NCBI GenBank assembly: GCA_965228735.1
Contig: OZ245838.1
Coordinates: 1,024,001 to 1,088,000, forward strand
Length of the DNA stretch: 64,000 bases
Direction of reading: 5' to 3'
Source: Planctomycetota bacterium
Lineage (GTDB): Bacteria; Planctomycetota; UBA1135; UBA2386
Of this stretch, positions 35,340 through 44,398 are shown one piece after another (position 1 is the first letter of the stretch; each line of letters opens with the position of its first letter). Under the pieces are notes generated by a model. That model was not told the DNA's origin and did not search any database. It worked only from the letters and a program-made list of their open reading frames with translations. The position numbers and the translations under genes were made by a program.

Positions 35340-37606
35340 TCGACGATGACGCGCAGCGCGTCGGACAGGTCCGAGCTGAAGAGCGGGCAACCGGGCGCGA
35401 CGGGCTCGTAGATGACCCATTGCGCATGGAGCTGCACGCCGACGACGGACGACGAGTTGGGGATCGGCGCGGCGAAGACGGCGCGCCCGTAGGTGTCCGT
35501 GACGTCGGCCACGACGAGTCCGTTGAACGGATCCGCTACCATCTGCCCCGTGCCGCACGGCAGCCCGAAGAAGTCGCGGCTGACCACGAGCCACGCCGGG
35601 TAGCTCGCCTTGCGCGAGTAGAGCCTGGCCTCGAACGCCGAGCGCCCCTGGTGCGGGCAGAACGTGAACTGCGAGCCGTGACCCGGCCCGCACGAGCCGC
35701 CGAGGTTGTGGGCTTCGCCGTCCTCGCAATGCCAGCGTTGCGCGAGGATGTTGGACCCCGCGGTGCCCTGGTAGTCGTAGTCCTCCATGACGAGCAACAT
35801 GTCGTCGGCGGCGGTGCTGCCACCCGACGCCTTGCTGCAGCCCTGCAGGTTCCAGGACCAGCGCAGCGGACCCTGCAGCCACCCGAGGGTGGTGCCTTCG
35901 CAGAACGTGCAGTTCGCCGGATCGATCGACGCGAGGTAGCAGTGGTATTCGCTGCCGCTCTCGTCCGACCAGCCGAGGACGGCGGAGTTGCCGGCCATGA
36001 TGACCTTGGGGCCGAACTCGTGATCGTTCTGGTCGCCGTGGACGCGGACGATGTTGCTCGTCACCTGCGCCTGGCTGCCGGTCGGCCGGACCGGAACGTA
36101 GGTCAGCGTGCGGCAGTCGATGTCGTACTTGGTCGACGACGCGCTCTCCTCGGTCTGCCACGCGACCACGAACTGCCAGCCGTTGCCGTCGACGTCGATC
36201 GAGATCTGATCGAGACTCGAGCTGCTGAGCGGCAGCAGGCCATGCCGGATGCCGATGTTGCGATCGATCAGGCAGATCGCGGGGTTGCGGTTGCTCGTCG
36301 AGTACTGGCGTTCGAACGCGACACAGAGAATTCCGAGGTCGCCGCCGCTCTTGCTGATGCGCGGGTACCGCGGCGTGATGCTGTTGCTCTGGTAGAGCGT
36401 CGTGAGGCCGAACGAGCCCAGCTGCCCGGTCGTGCCGACCGTGATCTGCTTGGCCATGATGCTGTTGGTGGTCTGGTTCCACCACACGCACACGGCTTCG
36501 TCGTCGAGCGTCGTGGCTTCGCCCGCGACATCGGGTGCCCACTCGACGTCCGAGCCGACGGCGATGTCGTGCTGCAGACGCACGGTGCCGTTGCTCGCGT
36601 CGACCGAGCGGGCGACGATGTCGTTGGCGCGCGTGTAGACGACGACGAAATGGTCTCGCAGGTTGACGTTGGCGACGACCGGGTCGTACTCGTTCGTCGA
36701 CGCCGTCTGGATGTAGACGCGGCCACCGAGGAGCCCGCCCGAGCTGCTGACCCGCTGGCCGTGGATGTCGGTGTCCGTGGCGGAGAACCGGCGCTCGAAC
36801 ACGACGAGATAGGTGTTGGTCGTCGCGTCGTAGGCGACGTCCGGGTCACGATCGTTGAAGTTGGACGTGTACGCGGCGAACACGTTGCCGATGAGCGGGT
36901 CGATCGTGAGCGGCAGTGCCGCTCGGTCGACGAACGCGGCCGGCAGCCGTAGCTCGAGCTTGCCGCGGTCGTATTGCAGGGCGCCGGCCACCCGATCGCC
37001 ATTGGCGTCGATGCCGGTCACGCCGCCGATCGTCAGACCGCCGACATCGGCCAACTCGAGGCCCAGCCCGTCGCCGCGCGGCGCAACCGTGAGGGCGGTC
37101 GTCAGCCCGACTTCGACGACGAGATCACCGGTTCCGAGCGGCAGCTCACGCACCACGAAGCTCTGTTCGATGCCGGCGGCGCTCACGTCGTAGCGCTCGG
37201 TCACGGCCCCGCGGTCGTACTCGACCCGCAGTCCGGCGTGCGACCGGCTCGGCGATTCCGTCAGCAGGGCCGGCCCGCCGCGATGAACCCGGTCGAACCC
37301 GAACGTCACGGGCATGGAGCGCGGTGCATCGACGAGCGCCGGCGTGAACTCGAGTCCGCCCGGGAGGAAGCGCGCCTTGAACGCTCGCCCATGGGCCCAG
37401 AGCGTGTCATCGCGAAGCTCCAAGGCCGCGGTCTCGGGGAAGCCGCGCGTCGCGCCGGAGAGCGCGACGCCCTCGGCGGTTGCCCGGGCCGGCGTGGCCG
37501 GACCGTGGCTGGGGCCTCGTTGCGGGATCTGAGCGAGGATCGGCACGGCGAACAGCAGCGCGGCGAGAGCCGAACGCGGCGCGGTGCGGCGAAAGTGGCG
37601 GGGCAT
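35336..37606 (-). CDS. secreted beta-repeat protein (paralog A) with C-terminal two-Cys module
   Basis: N-domain ending LELRLPAAFVDRAALPLTIDPLIG; PDVAYD...YLVVFERRFS; GGAG RBS; signal peptide ending ILAQ. Confidence 0.72.
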   Translation of the reverse strand: MPRHFRRTAPRSALAALLFAVPILAQIPQRGPSHGPATPARATAEGVALSGATRGFPETAALELRDDTLWAHGRAFKARFLPGGLEFTPALVDAPRSMPVTFGFDRVHRGGPALLTESPSRSHAGLRVEYDRGAVTERYDVSAAGIEQSFVVRELPLGTGDLVVEVGLTTALTVAPRGDGLGLELADVGGLTIGGVTGIDANGDRVAGALQYDRGKLELRLPAAFVDRAALPLTIDPLIGNVFAAYTSNFNDRDPDVAYDATTNTYLVVFERRFSATDTDIHGQRVSSSGGLLGGRVYIQTASTNEYDPVVANVNLRDHFVVVYTRANDIVARSVDASNGTVRLQHDIAVGSDVEWAPDVAGEATTLDDEAVCVWWNQTTNSIMAKQITVGTTGQLGSFGLTTLYQSNSITPRYPRISKSGGDLGILCVAFERQYSTSNRNPAICLIDRNIGIRHGLLPLSSSSLDQISIDVDGNGWQFVVAWQTEESASSTKYDIDCRTLTYVPVRPTGSQAQVTSNIVRVHGDQNDHEFGPKVIMAGNSAVLGWSDESGSEYHCYLASIDPANCTFCEGTTLGWLQGPLRWSWNLQGCSKASGGSTAADDMLLVMEDYDYQGTAGSNILAQRWHCEDGEAHNLGGSCGPGHGSQFTFCPHQGRSAFEARLYSRKASYPAWLVVSRDFFGLPCGTGQMVADPFNGLVVADVTDTYGRAVFAAPIPNSSSVVGVQLHAQWVIYEPVAPGCPLFSSDLSDALRVIVE

Positions 37607-37882
37607 CGAGTCTCCAGGCAATGGACAGGCCACGCAAAGGATCGTGACGGGGAGCCGGTGTCCCGAGCCCGGCCCGTCGGACCGTGGAGACGGAATTTTC
37701 GACGCGACGCGCGATAGCCGGGGCGCATCCGGCGTCATGGGGCAAGGCGCTCTACGCCGGTGTTCGCCAGGACCTGGTCGCCGTGTTCCCGGCGACGATG
37801 CAGCTCACCGTGTCGCCGAACCCGGTCCTCGTGCCGGGCAGTCCGGCGCTGCGGTGGCGCCGATGGCGGGTCGGTCTCCGGC

Positions 37883-38956
37883 TCAGTCCGTGAGCGCGGC
37901 GAGCAACCGTTCGAGCCGGCCCTCGTCGTGATCGCCCATGTGGCCGATGCGGAACGCCTTGCCCTTGAGGTCGCCGTAACCCTTGTCCATCTTGAAGCCG
38001 GCATCGGCGGCGCGGCTCGCGAGGTCGTCGACGTCGGCCCCCTTCGCGTCGATGCAGCTGACCGTCGGTGAGCGTGCGGCCTCAGCGGCAACGAACGGCG
38101 CGAACCCCTGGTCGGCAGCCCACGCCAGCGTCGTGTCCCGCAGCGTGCGGTGGCGCTGCCACCGCAGTTCGAGCGTTTCGGCCTCGATGCGCTCGAGCTG
38201 GCGCTGCAGGGCGTAGACGAGAGGCACGCACGGGGTGGCGATAGTCTTGCCCGCATTCGTGTCGGGCACGGCCTTGCAGAGATCGAACAGGAACCCGCGG
38301 TCCGGCACTTCCGTGGCTCGGGTCATCGCGCGATCGCTGACCGCGTAGGTCGCGAGGCCCGGCGGCAACGCGAGGCACTTCTGCGTGCCCGCGAACGCGA
38401 AGTCGAGGCCCCAGTCGTCGAACCGCACCTCGGCACCCGCGAGACTCGTCACGACGTCGACGAGGATCAGCGCGTCGGGCTGGGTCTCGCGCACGACCGC
38501 GGCGAGGTCGGCGAGCGGTTGCAGCACGCCCGTGGACGTCTCGTTGTGCGTGATCGCGACGGCGTCGACCCGTTCGCCCTGCAAGCGCTGCCGCAGGGCC
38601 GCCGGATCGTGCGCCTGACCGAGGTCGACCGTCATCGCCTCCGGGCTGCGGCCACACGCGCCGGCGATCTTGTGGAAGCGCTTGCCGAACGCACCGCCCA
38701 CGAGGTGCAGTGTCTTGCCGCCCGGCGGCACGAGGTTGCGGATCGCGGCTTCCATGAGCGCGGTCGCCGGCGCGGTCTCGAACGCCGCGTTCTGCGTCGT
38801 GAGGTAGAGGTCGTGGAGCCGCCGGCAGACGTCCTGCACCGTTTCGACGAAGCGCGGATCGCGATGACCCAGCAAGGGCATCGCCATGATCTCCCGCAGC
38901 TCGGTATCGACTTCGGTGGGGCCGGGTATGAACAGCACGAGCGGCTCGTCACTCAT
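37883..38956 (-). CDS. class V PLP aminotransferase (serine-glyoxylate/AGT type), probable phosphoserine aminotransferase role
   Basis: FIPGPTEV, THNETSTGV, VDVVTS, GTQKCLALPPG, FRIGHMG; lies next to a serB-like gene. Confidence 0.85.
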   Translation of the reverse strand: MSDEPLVLFIPGPTEVDTELREIMAMPLLGHRDPRFVETVQDVCRRLHDLYLTTQNAAFETAPATALMEAAIRNLVPPGGKTLHLVGGAFGKRFHKIAGACGRSPEAMTVDLGQAHDPAALRQRLQGERVDAVAITHNETSTGVLQPLADLAAVVRETQPDALILVDVVTSLAGAEVRFDDWGLDFAFAGTQKCLALPPGLATYAVSDRAMTRATEVPDRGFLFDLCKAVPDTNAGKTIATPCVPLVYALQRQLERIEAETLELRWQRHRTLRDTTLAWAADQGFAPFVAAEAARSPTVSCIDAKGADVDDLASRAADAGFKMDKGYGDLKGKAFRIGHMGDHDEGRLERLLAALTD

Positions 38957-38967
38957 GCCGGGAAGCA

Positions 38968-39705
38968 TCACGAATCGAGCGCGGAAAGCAACTCGCGGAA
39001 TCGCGGCTGCGAGCGCAGGCGGGCGATCTCGCCGGTCGTCAGCACGTGCGGCAGCACGCTCGCGAGCGACGGGCCGTCGGCCCAGGCCTCGGCCTGTTCC
39101 TTGACCGCGGCGCGCGCGGCGACGCCGCCGAAGCCGACGAAGCGGTCCGCGCCGTTGCCCTGCGTCTCGAGGTCGGTCGCGCCATCCCCGACGAACGCCA
39201 CGGGGCGGTGCGCGGGCGGGAGTCGGCGCAGCACTTCCGTCTTGCCGCCGTTCTGCCACAGCGGCGAACGTCGGTCGAAGTCGACGTAGTCGCCGCCGGC
39301 CGTGAACTCGAGCGGCACGGCGTGCACGTTCATCTCGAGGATGCCGAGATCGTTCGCGAGATAGCGCACCGGCATGAGCAGGCCGCCGCTGATGATGCCG
39401 ACGTGCTTGCCGAGCGCGCGCAGCGCCTGCACGACGTCGCGCGCGTGCGGCACCTCGTTCTGCACGTAGAGTTCGCCGACGCGATGCAGCAGGTCGCGCC
39501 GCGGCGCGATACGTTCCAGCCGGGTCTCGTAGATCTGCGCAAGCGGCGCCGTGCCGTTCATCGCCTGCTCGGTGAGCTCGGCGATCTCCTTTTGGGTCGT
39601 GGCGTCGACGGCGTCGAGCAGTTCGTCGACGCCTTCGATCGTCGCGAGGGTGGAGTCGCAGTCGAAGTAGACCGCTGCGAACGGGCTGCGAGGAGGCGTG
39701 GCCAC
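38968..39705 (-). CDS. serB: HAD-IB phosphoserine phosphatase-like
   Basis: FDCDSTL..IEGVDEL, TEQAMNG, IISGG, GGK, VGDGATDLE, GFGG. Confidence 0.8.
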   Translation of the reverse strand: MATPPRSPFAAVYFDCDSTLATIEGVDELLDAVDATTQKEIAELTEQAMNGTAPLAQIYETRLERIAPRRDLLHRVGELYVQNEVPHARDVVQALRALGKHVGIISGGLLMPVRYLANDLGILEMNVHAVPLEFTAGGDYVDFDRRSPLWQNGGKTEVLRRLPPAHRPVAFVGDGATDLETQGNGADRFVGFGGVAARAAVKEQAEAWADGPSLASVLPHVLTTGEIARLRSQPRFRELLSALDS

Positions 39706-39853
39706 GGCGCGGACGTTAGCGAAACCGTTCGGCCGCGGGAACGTCGCGAATGCGGAACCGCGTGACCATGCGCCGACAACGCTCGGGCATCCGGGATGCC
39801 GCGACGGCACGAAGTGGCGCTCGCGGCGACCCGCGAGCGCGCGACGTTGCCGG

Positions 39854-42202
39854 TTACTTGGCGATCTGCAGCGCTTCGAGCCGGCTCATCGCGCGCTGCA
39901 TGCCGATCTGGTAGTGCACCTTCTGGTTCTTTCCGGCGCGGTCCATCTGCTGCTGCAGCCAGTCGAGCTCGAGCTTGGTCGCGTTGATCTCGCCGTCGAG
40001 GAGGCCGCGGAGGATCGCGTACTTGCGTTCGAGGTTCTTCAGGCGCAGGGCGTCGGCGCGCGCTTCGGACTTGCTGATGTAGCCCTCCTTCACGAGCTTC
40101 TTGCTGTCGCTCTGCTTGGCGCGCGCGGCGTGCAGATCGCTGTCGAGGTCGAGCAGCTTGGAGGTCAGCGTCACGATCTCCTCCATCGACGCGGCAGTCG
40201 TGCTGCGGGCCGGAGGCGCAGCGACGCCGGTCGGCAGGCTGGGCTGGCGCGCGGTCCGGGCGAGGTGGCTGTTGCCGGGGGCCGGGAGGCCGGGGGTCGT
40301 GTTCCAGCGCGACGGCGCGGTCGGCACCGGTGCGGTCAGCGGATTCGCGGCGGGCGCCGACGGCGCGGCCGGCACGAGGCGGGTGTCCGGCAGGCCGTCG
40401 TTGTCGGTGTCCTGGAAGACGGTCCGGGCGAGCGGCGCACGCTTGCGGTCGGGCCTGCTCGATCGTGCGGCCGGAGCGGTCGTCGCGGTCGGCGCCCGGG
40501 TAGCCGCCGGGTAGCCGCCCTGGCCCGAGAAGTCCGGGTGGGTGGCCCGCGCGAGCGGCTGCGGCGGCTGGGTCGTCGACCCCAGGGTCGGCGCCTTCGG
40601 CGGGGCAGCGATGTTCTGGCTACCCTGGGTCGCACTGTTGGCGCCCTTCAGAGCCTGGCCGGACGGGTAACGCGTCGTCGCCGGAGCGCTACCCTGGCTG
40701 TTGGCGTGGCCGGACGGGTAGAGCGTCGTCGTCGGAGCGTTGCCCTGGCGAGTGGCCTGGCCGGGAGCGCGCCGCGCGGCGTTGCGATCCATCTGCTCGC
40801 GCATTTCCTCGAGCTCGGCCCGCAGCGCGTGGATCTCGGCCCGGAGCGCGGCCCGTTCGGCTTCGAGCCTGGCCTTGCGCGCCGCGGCGCCGGGGCCTTG
40901 CGCGGCCGCCGGCACGCCGAACGTGAGCGCCGCGGTCGCGACGAGCGCGCCGAGCGACACGGCCTGCAGCGCGCGGCGCGGACGGGAGACGGGGGTGGAG
41001 ACGGTGTCGGTCGAAAGCAGCATCTGAATCCTCCGGTAGAACGTGGATCGGCGGTGAAAGACAGCCATGGTCGCGGCCCCGCGCGCCGGCGGCGCGGCGG
41101 TGACGTCGACGAGGTCGAGAAGATCGCGCACGTAGTCCGTGCGGCTCGGGCCCGACCTGGCGGCGCGTTCGTCGGCGACGCGTTCGCTGTCGAAGCGAAC
41201 GGTCGCCCGCAGCCACCAGAACAACGGGTGCAGGGCGAGCGGCAGCGCGAGCACGGCGAAGAGCAGCTGAACGAGCGGATCGCGGCCGAAGAGGTGCGCG
41301 GCTTCGTGGCGCAGCACGGCCGCGCACGACTCGGGACGCGCGCCGAGTTCCGGCGACAGCACGACGACCGGCCGCAGCCAGCCGGCGCAGAACGGGCGGA
41401 CGGCGTCGCGAGCGACGAGCACGCGGGTCCCGGCCGGGAGCTGCACGTTCGCAGCCACGGCCGCAACGGCGGCGGCGGCCGGCCGGCAACGGCGCAGAAT
41501 GCGGCGCAGTCGCCAGGCGCCGATGGTGTAGTGCCCGAGCAGCAGGATCACGGCCACGAACGCGGTGATGGTGAGCGCTCGCGCCCACTGGGGCGCTGAT
41601 GGGTCGGGTGTGCGCGCGGTCGGGGCGGCGACCTCGACGTCGAGTTCGTTCGCGCGCGCGAGCAGCCGGGTCAGGCGTTCGTTGGCCGCGAGCACCGGGG
41701 TGTACGGCAGGACCGCGACCGGGAGCGGGTTCCGCGTGGGGGCGGCCGACTCCGCCCGGTCTCGGTTCACCTCGCCCGGGCCTTCCGCGTCGCGCTTCGT
41801 CGCATCGAGCGTTGCCCCGTCGAGCTCCGGCCCGCCGATGATGGAGCGGGCGAGCGGCGGCCCTCCCGCGTTCGACCGCTCGGCGCCGGCCGCCCCGGTG
41901 CCAGGGCCGGCTGTGGCGGGCGCGGACGGACCGTCGCCGGCGGCCGGGCTGGCGACCCGCACGCCCGATGACGCGGCGGGTTCGGGCAACAGCCGCGGCA
42001 GCGGCGGCAACGCGAGCAGCAGGTAGGCCAGCGCTCCGATCGCGGTCCAGATCCCGAGCCGGCGGCGGGCCTCGGCCGCGCGGTGCGACCGCGCGAGCAG
42101 CAGGCCGCCCGCCAGCACGACCGTCACGCCAACCGCTGCGCTCGGGCCGTATTCCGCGAGGCCGATCGCCACCTGGTCCAGGGCGTTCGAGTTGCCGATC
42201 AT
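39854..42202 (-). CDS. M56 (BlaR1-like) metalloprotease/anti-repressor
   Basis: PFCAGWLRPVVVL, LRHEAAH, HPLFWW, ERVADE; Pro/Ala-rich and coiled-coil C-terminal region. Confidence 0.88.
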   Translation of the reverse strand: MIGNSNALDQVAIGLAEYGPSAAVGVTVVLAGGLLLARSHRAAEARRRLGIWTAIGALAYLLLALPPLPRLLPEPAASSGVRVASPAAGDGPSAPATAGPGTGAAGAERSNAGGPPLARSIIGGPELDGATLDATKRDAEGPGEVNRDRAESAAPTRNPLPVAVLPYTPVLAANERLTRLLARANELDVEVAAPTARTPDPSAPQWARALTITAFVAVILLLGHYTIGAWRLRRILRRCRPAAAAVAAVAANVQLPAGTRVLVARDAVRPFCAGWLRPVVVLSPELGARPESCAAVLRHEAAHLFGRDPLVQLLFAVLALPLALHPLFWWLRATVRFDSERVADERAARSGPSRTDYVRDLLDLVDVTAAPPARGAATMAVFHRRSTFYRRIQMLLSTDTVSTPVSRPRRALQAVSLGALVATAALTFGVPAAAQGPGAAARKARLEAERAALRAEIHALRAELEEMREQMDRNAARRAPGQATRQGNAPTTTLYPSGHANSQGSAPATTRYPSGQALKGANSATQGSQNIAAPPKAPTLGSTTQPPQPLARATHPDFSGQGGYPAATRAPTATTAPAARSSRPDRKRAPLARTVFQDTDNDGLPDTRLVPAAPSAPAANPLTAPVPTAPSRWNTTPGLPAPGNSHLARTARQPSLPTGVAAPPARSTTAASMEEIVTLTSKLLDLDSDLHAARAKQSDSKKLVKEGYISKSEARADALRLKNLERKYAILRGLLDGEINATKLELDWLQQQMDRAGKNQKVHYQIGMQRAMSRLEALQIAK

Positions 42203-42591
42203 GACCGGTCCTCCTTCCGGCGCTCGGCGTCGGCCAGCAGCTGGCGCAACCGATCGAGCTCGTCGCGGCTCGGCTGGCGGGCCTCGAGGGCGCTCGCCAC
42301 GAGCTGATCGAGCGCGCCGTCGAAGACCGACTCGAGCAGACCGCCGAGCAACTTCTTCTTCGTGCCATCGGGCGACACTGCCGCGCGATAGACGAACGTG
42401 CGCCCTTCGCTGCGGTGGGTCACGAGCCCCTTCTCCTCCATGGTCCGAAGGAACGCCTGGACGGTGTTCTGCACGATCGGCACGTCGTCGCGAAGCGCCT
42501 CGTAGACGGCTCGGACCGTCGCTTCCTCACGTTCCCAGAGGACCTTGAGGATCTGCAGTTCGCGTTCGGTGGGTTCGGGGTGGTTGGCCAT
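42199..42591 (-). CDS. BlaI/MecI/CopY-family repressor
   Basis: TERELQILKVLW...ATVRAVYE...NTVQAFL..MEEKGLV...GRTFVY...FDGA. Confidence 0.92.
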   Translation of the reverse strand: MANHPEPTERELQILKVLWEREEATVRAVYEALRDDVPIVQNTVQAFLRTMEEKGLVTHRSEGRTFVYRAAVSPDGTKKKLLGGLLESVFDGALDQLVASALEARQPSRDELDRLRQLLADAERRKEDRS

Positions 42592-42633
42592 GTCGGGCTC
42601 TCGTCTGACGTTTTCGGTCGCTGATTATTCCAA

Positions 42634-42649
42634 GCTTAGTTAACTAAGC
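42634..42649. promoter_or_regulatory. putative BlaI operator overlapping a sigma70-like promoter
   Basis: Perfect palindrome GCTTAGTTAACTAAGC; the minus strand reads TTGCAG-N16-TAAGCT across it. Confidence 0.65.
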
Positions 42650-42743
42650 GAAAACTGCAAGGGGCGCCGAGGCTGCTGGGTTGGGTGTGGATCCGGGTTC
42701 CCGGGCTGCCGGGTCGGCTGTGGATCCAAAGCGGCCGGCGCAC

Positions 42744-42766
42744 AACCCCCGGTATCGCCGGGGGTT
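42744..42766 (-). terminator. GC-rich hairpin downstream of serA
   Basis: AACCCCCGG-TATCG-CCGGGGGTT, 9-bp stem, lacks a clear U-tract. Confidence 0.35.
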
Positions 42767-42776
42767 CCGGGTGCGC

Positions 42777-44369
42777 TCAGCTGACCTGGGCGACGCGTTC
42801 GATTGCCGCGATCGCGCGGATCGCGTCGAGCTGCTCGCTCGAGAGCTCGCGATCGATGTTCAGGATCGCGAGTGCCGGCCGCGCGGTGCCCTCGGCGCCG
42901 GAGTCACCCGTGCCGATCTGCATCCGCGAGATGTTGATGCCCGCATCGCCGAGGGTCGTGCCGAGTTGCCCGACGACGCCGGGTTCGTCGCGGTGGAACG
43001 TGACGAGCATCGGGCCCTCGGGGATCGCGTCGAGGACGTAGTCGTCGAGTTCCACGAGTCGGCCGTGGCGCTGACCGAGCACGGTGCCCGACGCGTAGTG
43101 CCGGACCTCGTCGATCACGGCCTCGACGCGCACGAGCGACATGAAGTCGCGCTTCATGGACGAGCTCTCGCTGTGCGTGCGCACGCCGAGTTCGCCGGCG
43201 ATGCGCTCCGCGTTCACGGGCGTCACGGTGCCTTCGACGGCGTGCTGCAGGCCGCCACACAGCATGGCGACGAGCAGCGAGCGGTGCGCCGAGGCGGGGA
43301 TGCCGCCCTGCACGGACAGGCGCAGCGACTGCACGCGACCGCGGTGCACCTGCGTGAGGATCGCGGCGAGGTTGCGCGACAGGTCGAGCCACGGGCCGAT
43401 CTGCGCGGCGTCGGCCGGCGCGACGCGCGGCACGTTGATGCCGTTCAGGATGACGCCCTTCTTGACCGCGAGCACCGTCTGACGCGCCATGTCGAGCGAC
43501 ACGTTGCGCTTGGCCTCGACCGTCGACGCGCCGATGTGCGGCGTCAGGACGAGATTCGGCGCCGAACGCAACGGGCTGTCCGCCGGCAGCGGTTCCTTCT
43601 CGAACACGTCGAGCGCGGCGCCGCCGAGGTGACCGCTCTCGAGCGCCTCGCACAGCGCGGCCTCGTCGACGATGCCGCCGCGGGCGGCGTGCACGAGGCG
43701 GGCGCCGGGCTTCATGCTCTGGATGCGCTCGCGGGACAGCAGCCCCCTGGTCTCGTCCGCGAGCGGCACGTGGATGCTCACGAAGTCGCTGGAAGCGAGC
43801 AGTTCGTCGAGCTCGAGCATGCGCACGCCGTCGGGCGCGTTCTTCTGGGTCACGAACGGGTCGAACGCGGCCACCGTCATGCCGAGGCCGCGGCAGCGAT
43901 CGGCAACGACGCGGCCGATGCGGCCCAGGCCGAGGATGCCGGCCTGCTTGCCGTTGAGCTCGACGCCCGTGAACTTGCTCTTCTCCCACTTGCCGGCGCG
44001 GATCGACGCATCGGCCGCCGGGATCTTGCGCGCTAGGCTCACGAGCAGCGCGATCGCGAGCTCGCCCGTCGTGACGGCGCCGGCCTCGGGCGTGTTCATC
44101 ACGACGATCCCGCGCGCGGTCGCGGCCTCGACGTCGATGTTGTCGACGCCGATGCCGGCGCGCCCGATCAGCGTGAGGTTGTCGGCGAGTTCGAGGCTGC
44201 GCTTCGTGACCTTGGTCGCCGAACGGACGATCAGCGCGTGGTAGTCGGCGAGCTCGGACCGCAATGCGTCCTCGTCCATGCCGGTCTTGACGGTGATGTC
44301 GCCGGCTTCCTGCAGGAGTTCGAGGCCTTCCGCGGAGAGTTCGTCCGCTACGAGAATCTTGGTCGTCAT
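42777..44369 (-). CDS. serA: D-3-phosphoglycerate dehydrogenase (long form with ACT domain)
   Basis: LIVRSATKV, GRAGIGVDNID, GLGRIG, ARGGIVDE, ALDVFEKEP, TPHIGAST.EA, DEPGVVG...INI. Confidence 0.95.
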   Translation of the reverse strand: MTTKILVADELSAEGLELLQEAGDITVKTGMDEDALRSELADYHALIVRSATKVTKRSLELADNLTLIGRAGIGVDNIDVEAATARGIVVMNTPEAGAVTTGELAIALLVSLARKIPAADASIRAGKWEKSKFTGVELNGKQAGILGLGRIGRVVADRCRGLGMTVAAFDPFVTQKNAPDGVRMLELDELLASSDFVSIHVPLADETRGLLSRERIQSMKPGARLVHAARGGIVDEAALCEALESGHLGGAALDVFEKEPLPADSPLRSAPNLVLTPHIGASTVEAKRNVSLDMARQTVLAVKKGVILNGINVPRVAPADAAQIGPWLDLSRNLAAILTQVHRGRVQSLRLSVQGGIPASAHRSLLVAMLCGGLQHAVEGTVTPVNAERIAGELGVRTHSESSSMKRDFMSLVRVEAVIDEVRHYASGTVLGQRHGRLVELDDYVLDAIPEGPMLVTFHRDEPGVVGQLGTTLGDAGINISRMQIGTGDSGAEGTARPALAILNIDRELSSEQLDAIRAIAAIERVAQVS

Positions 44370-44398
44370 GTTCGCGAGTGAACGTAGCAGCCCGCGTC

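Noticed and set aside
39854..42591. BlaI/BlaR as a beta-lactam resistance locus
   Set aside because: No beta-lactamase or PBP gene and no penicillin-binding sensor domain.
42686..42727. TGTGGAT motifs plus an AT-rich patch as DnaA boxes/oriC
   Set aside because: Only two 7/9 matches, no dnaA/dnaN context; the AT patch is better explained as the blaI promoter/operator.
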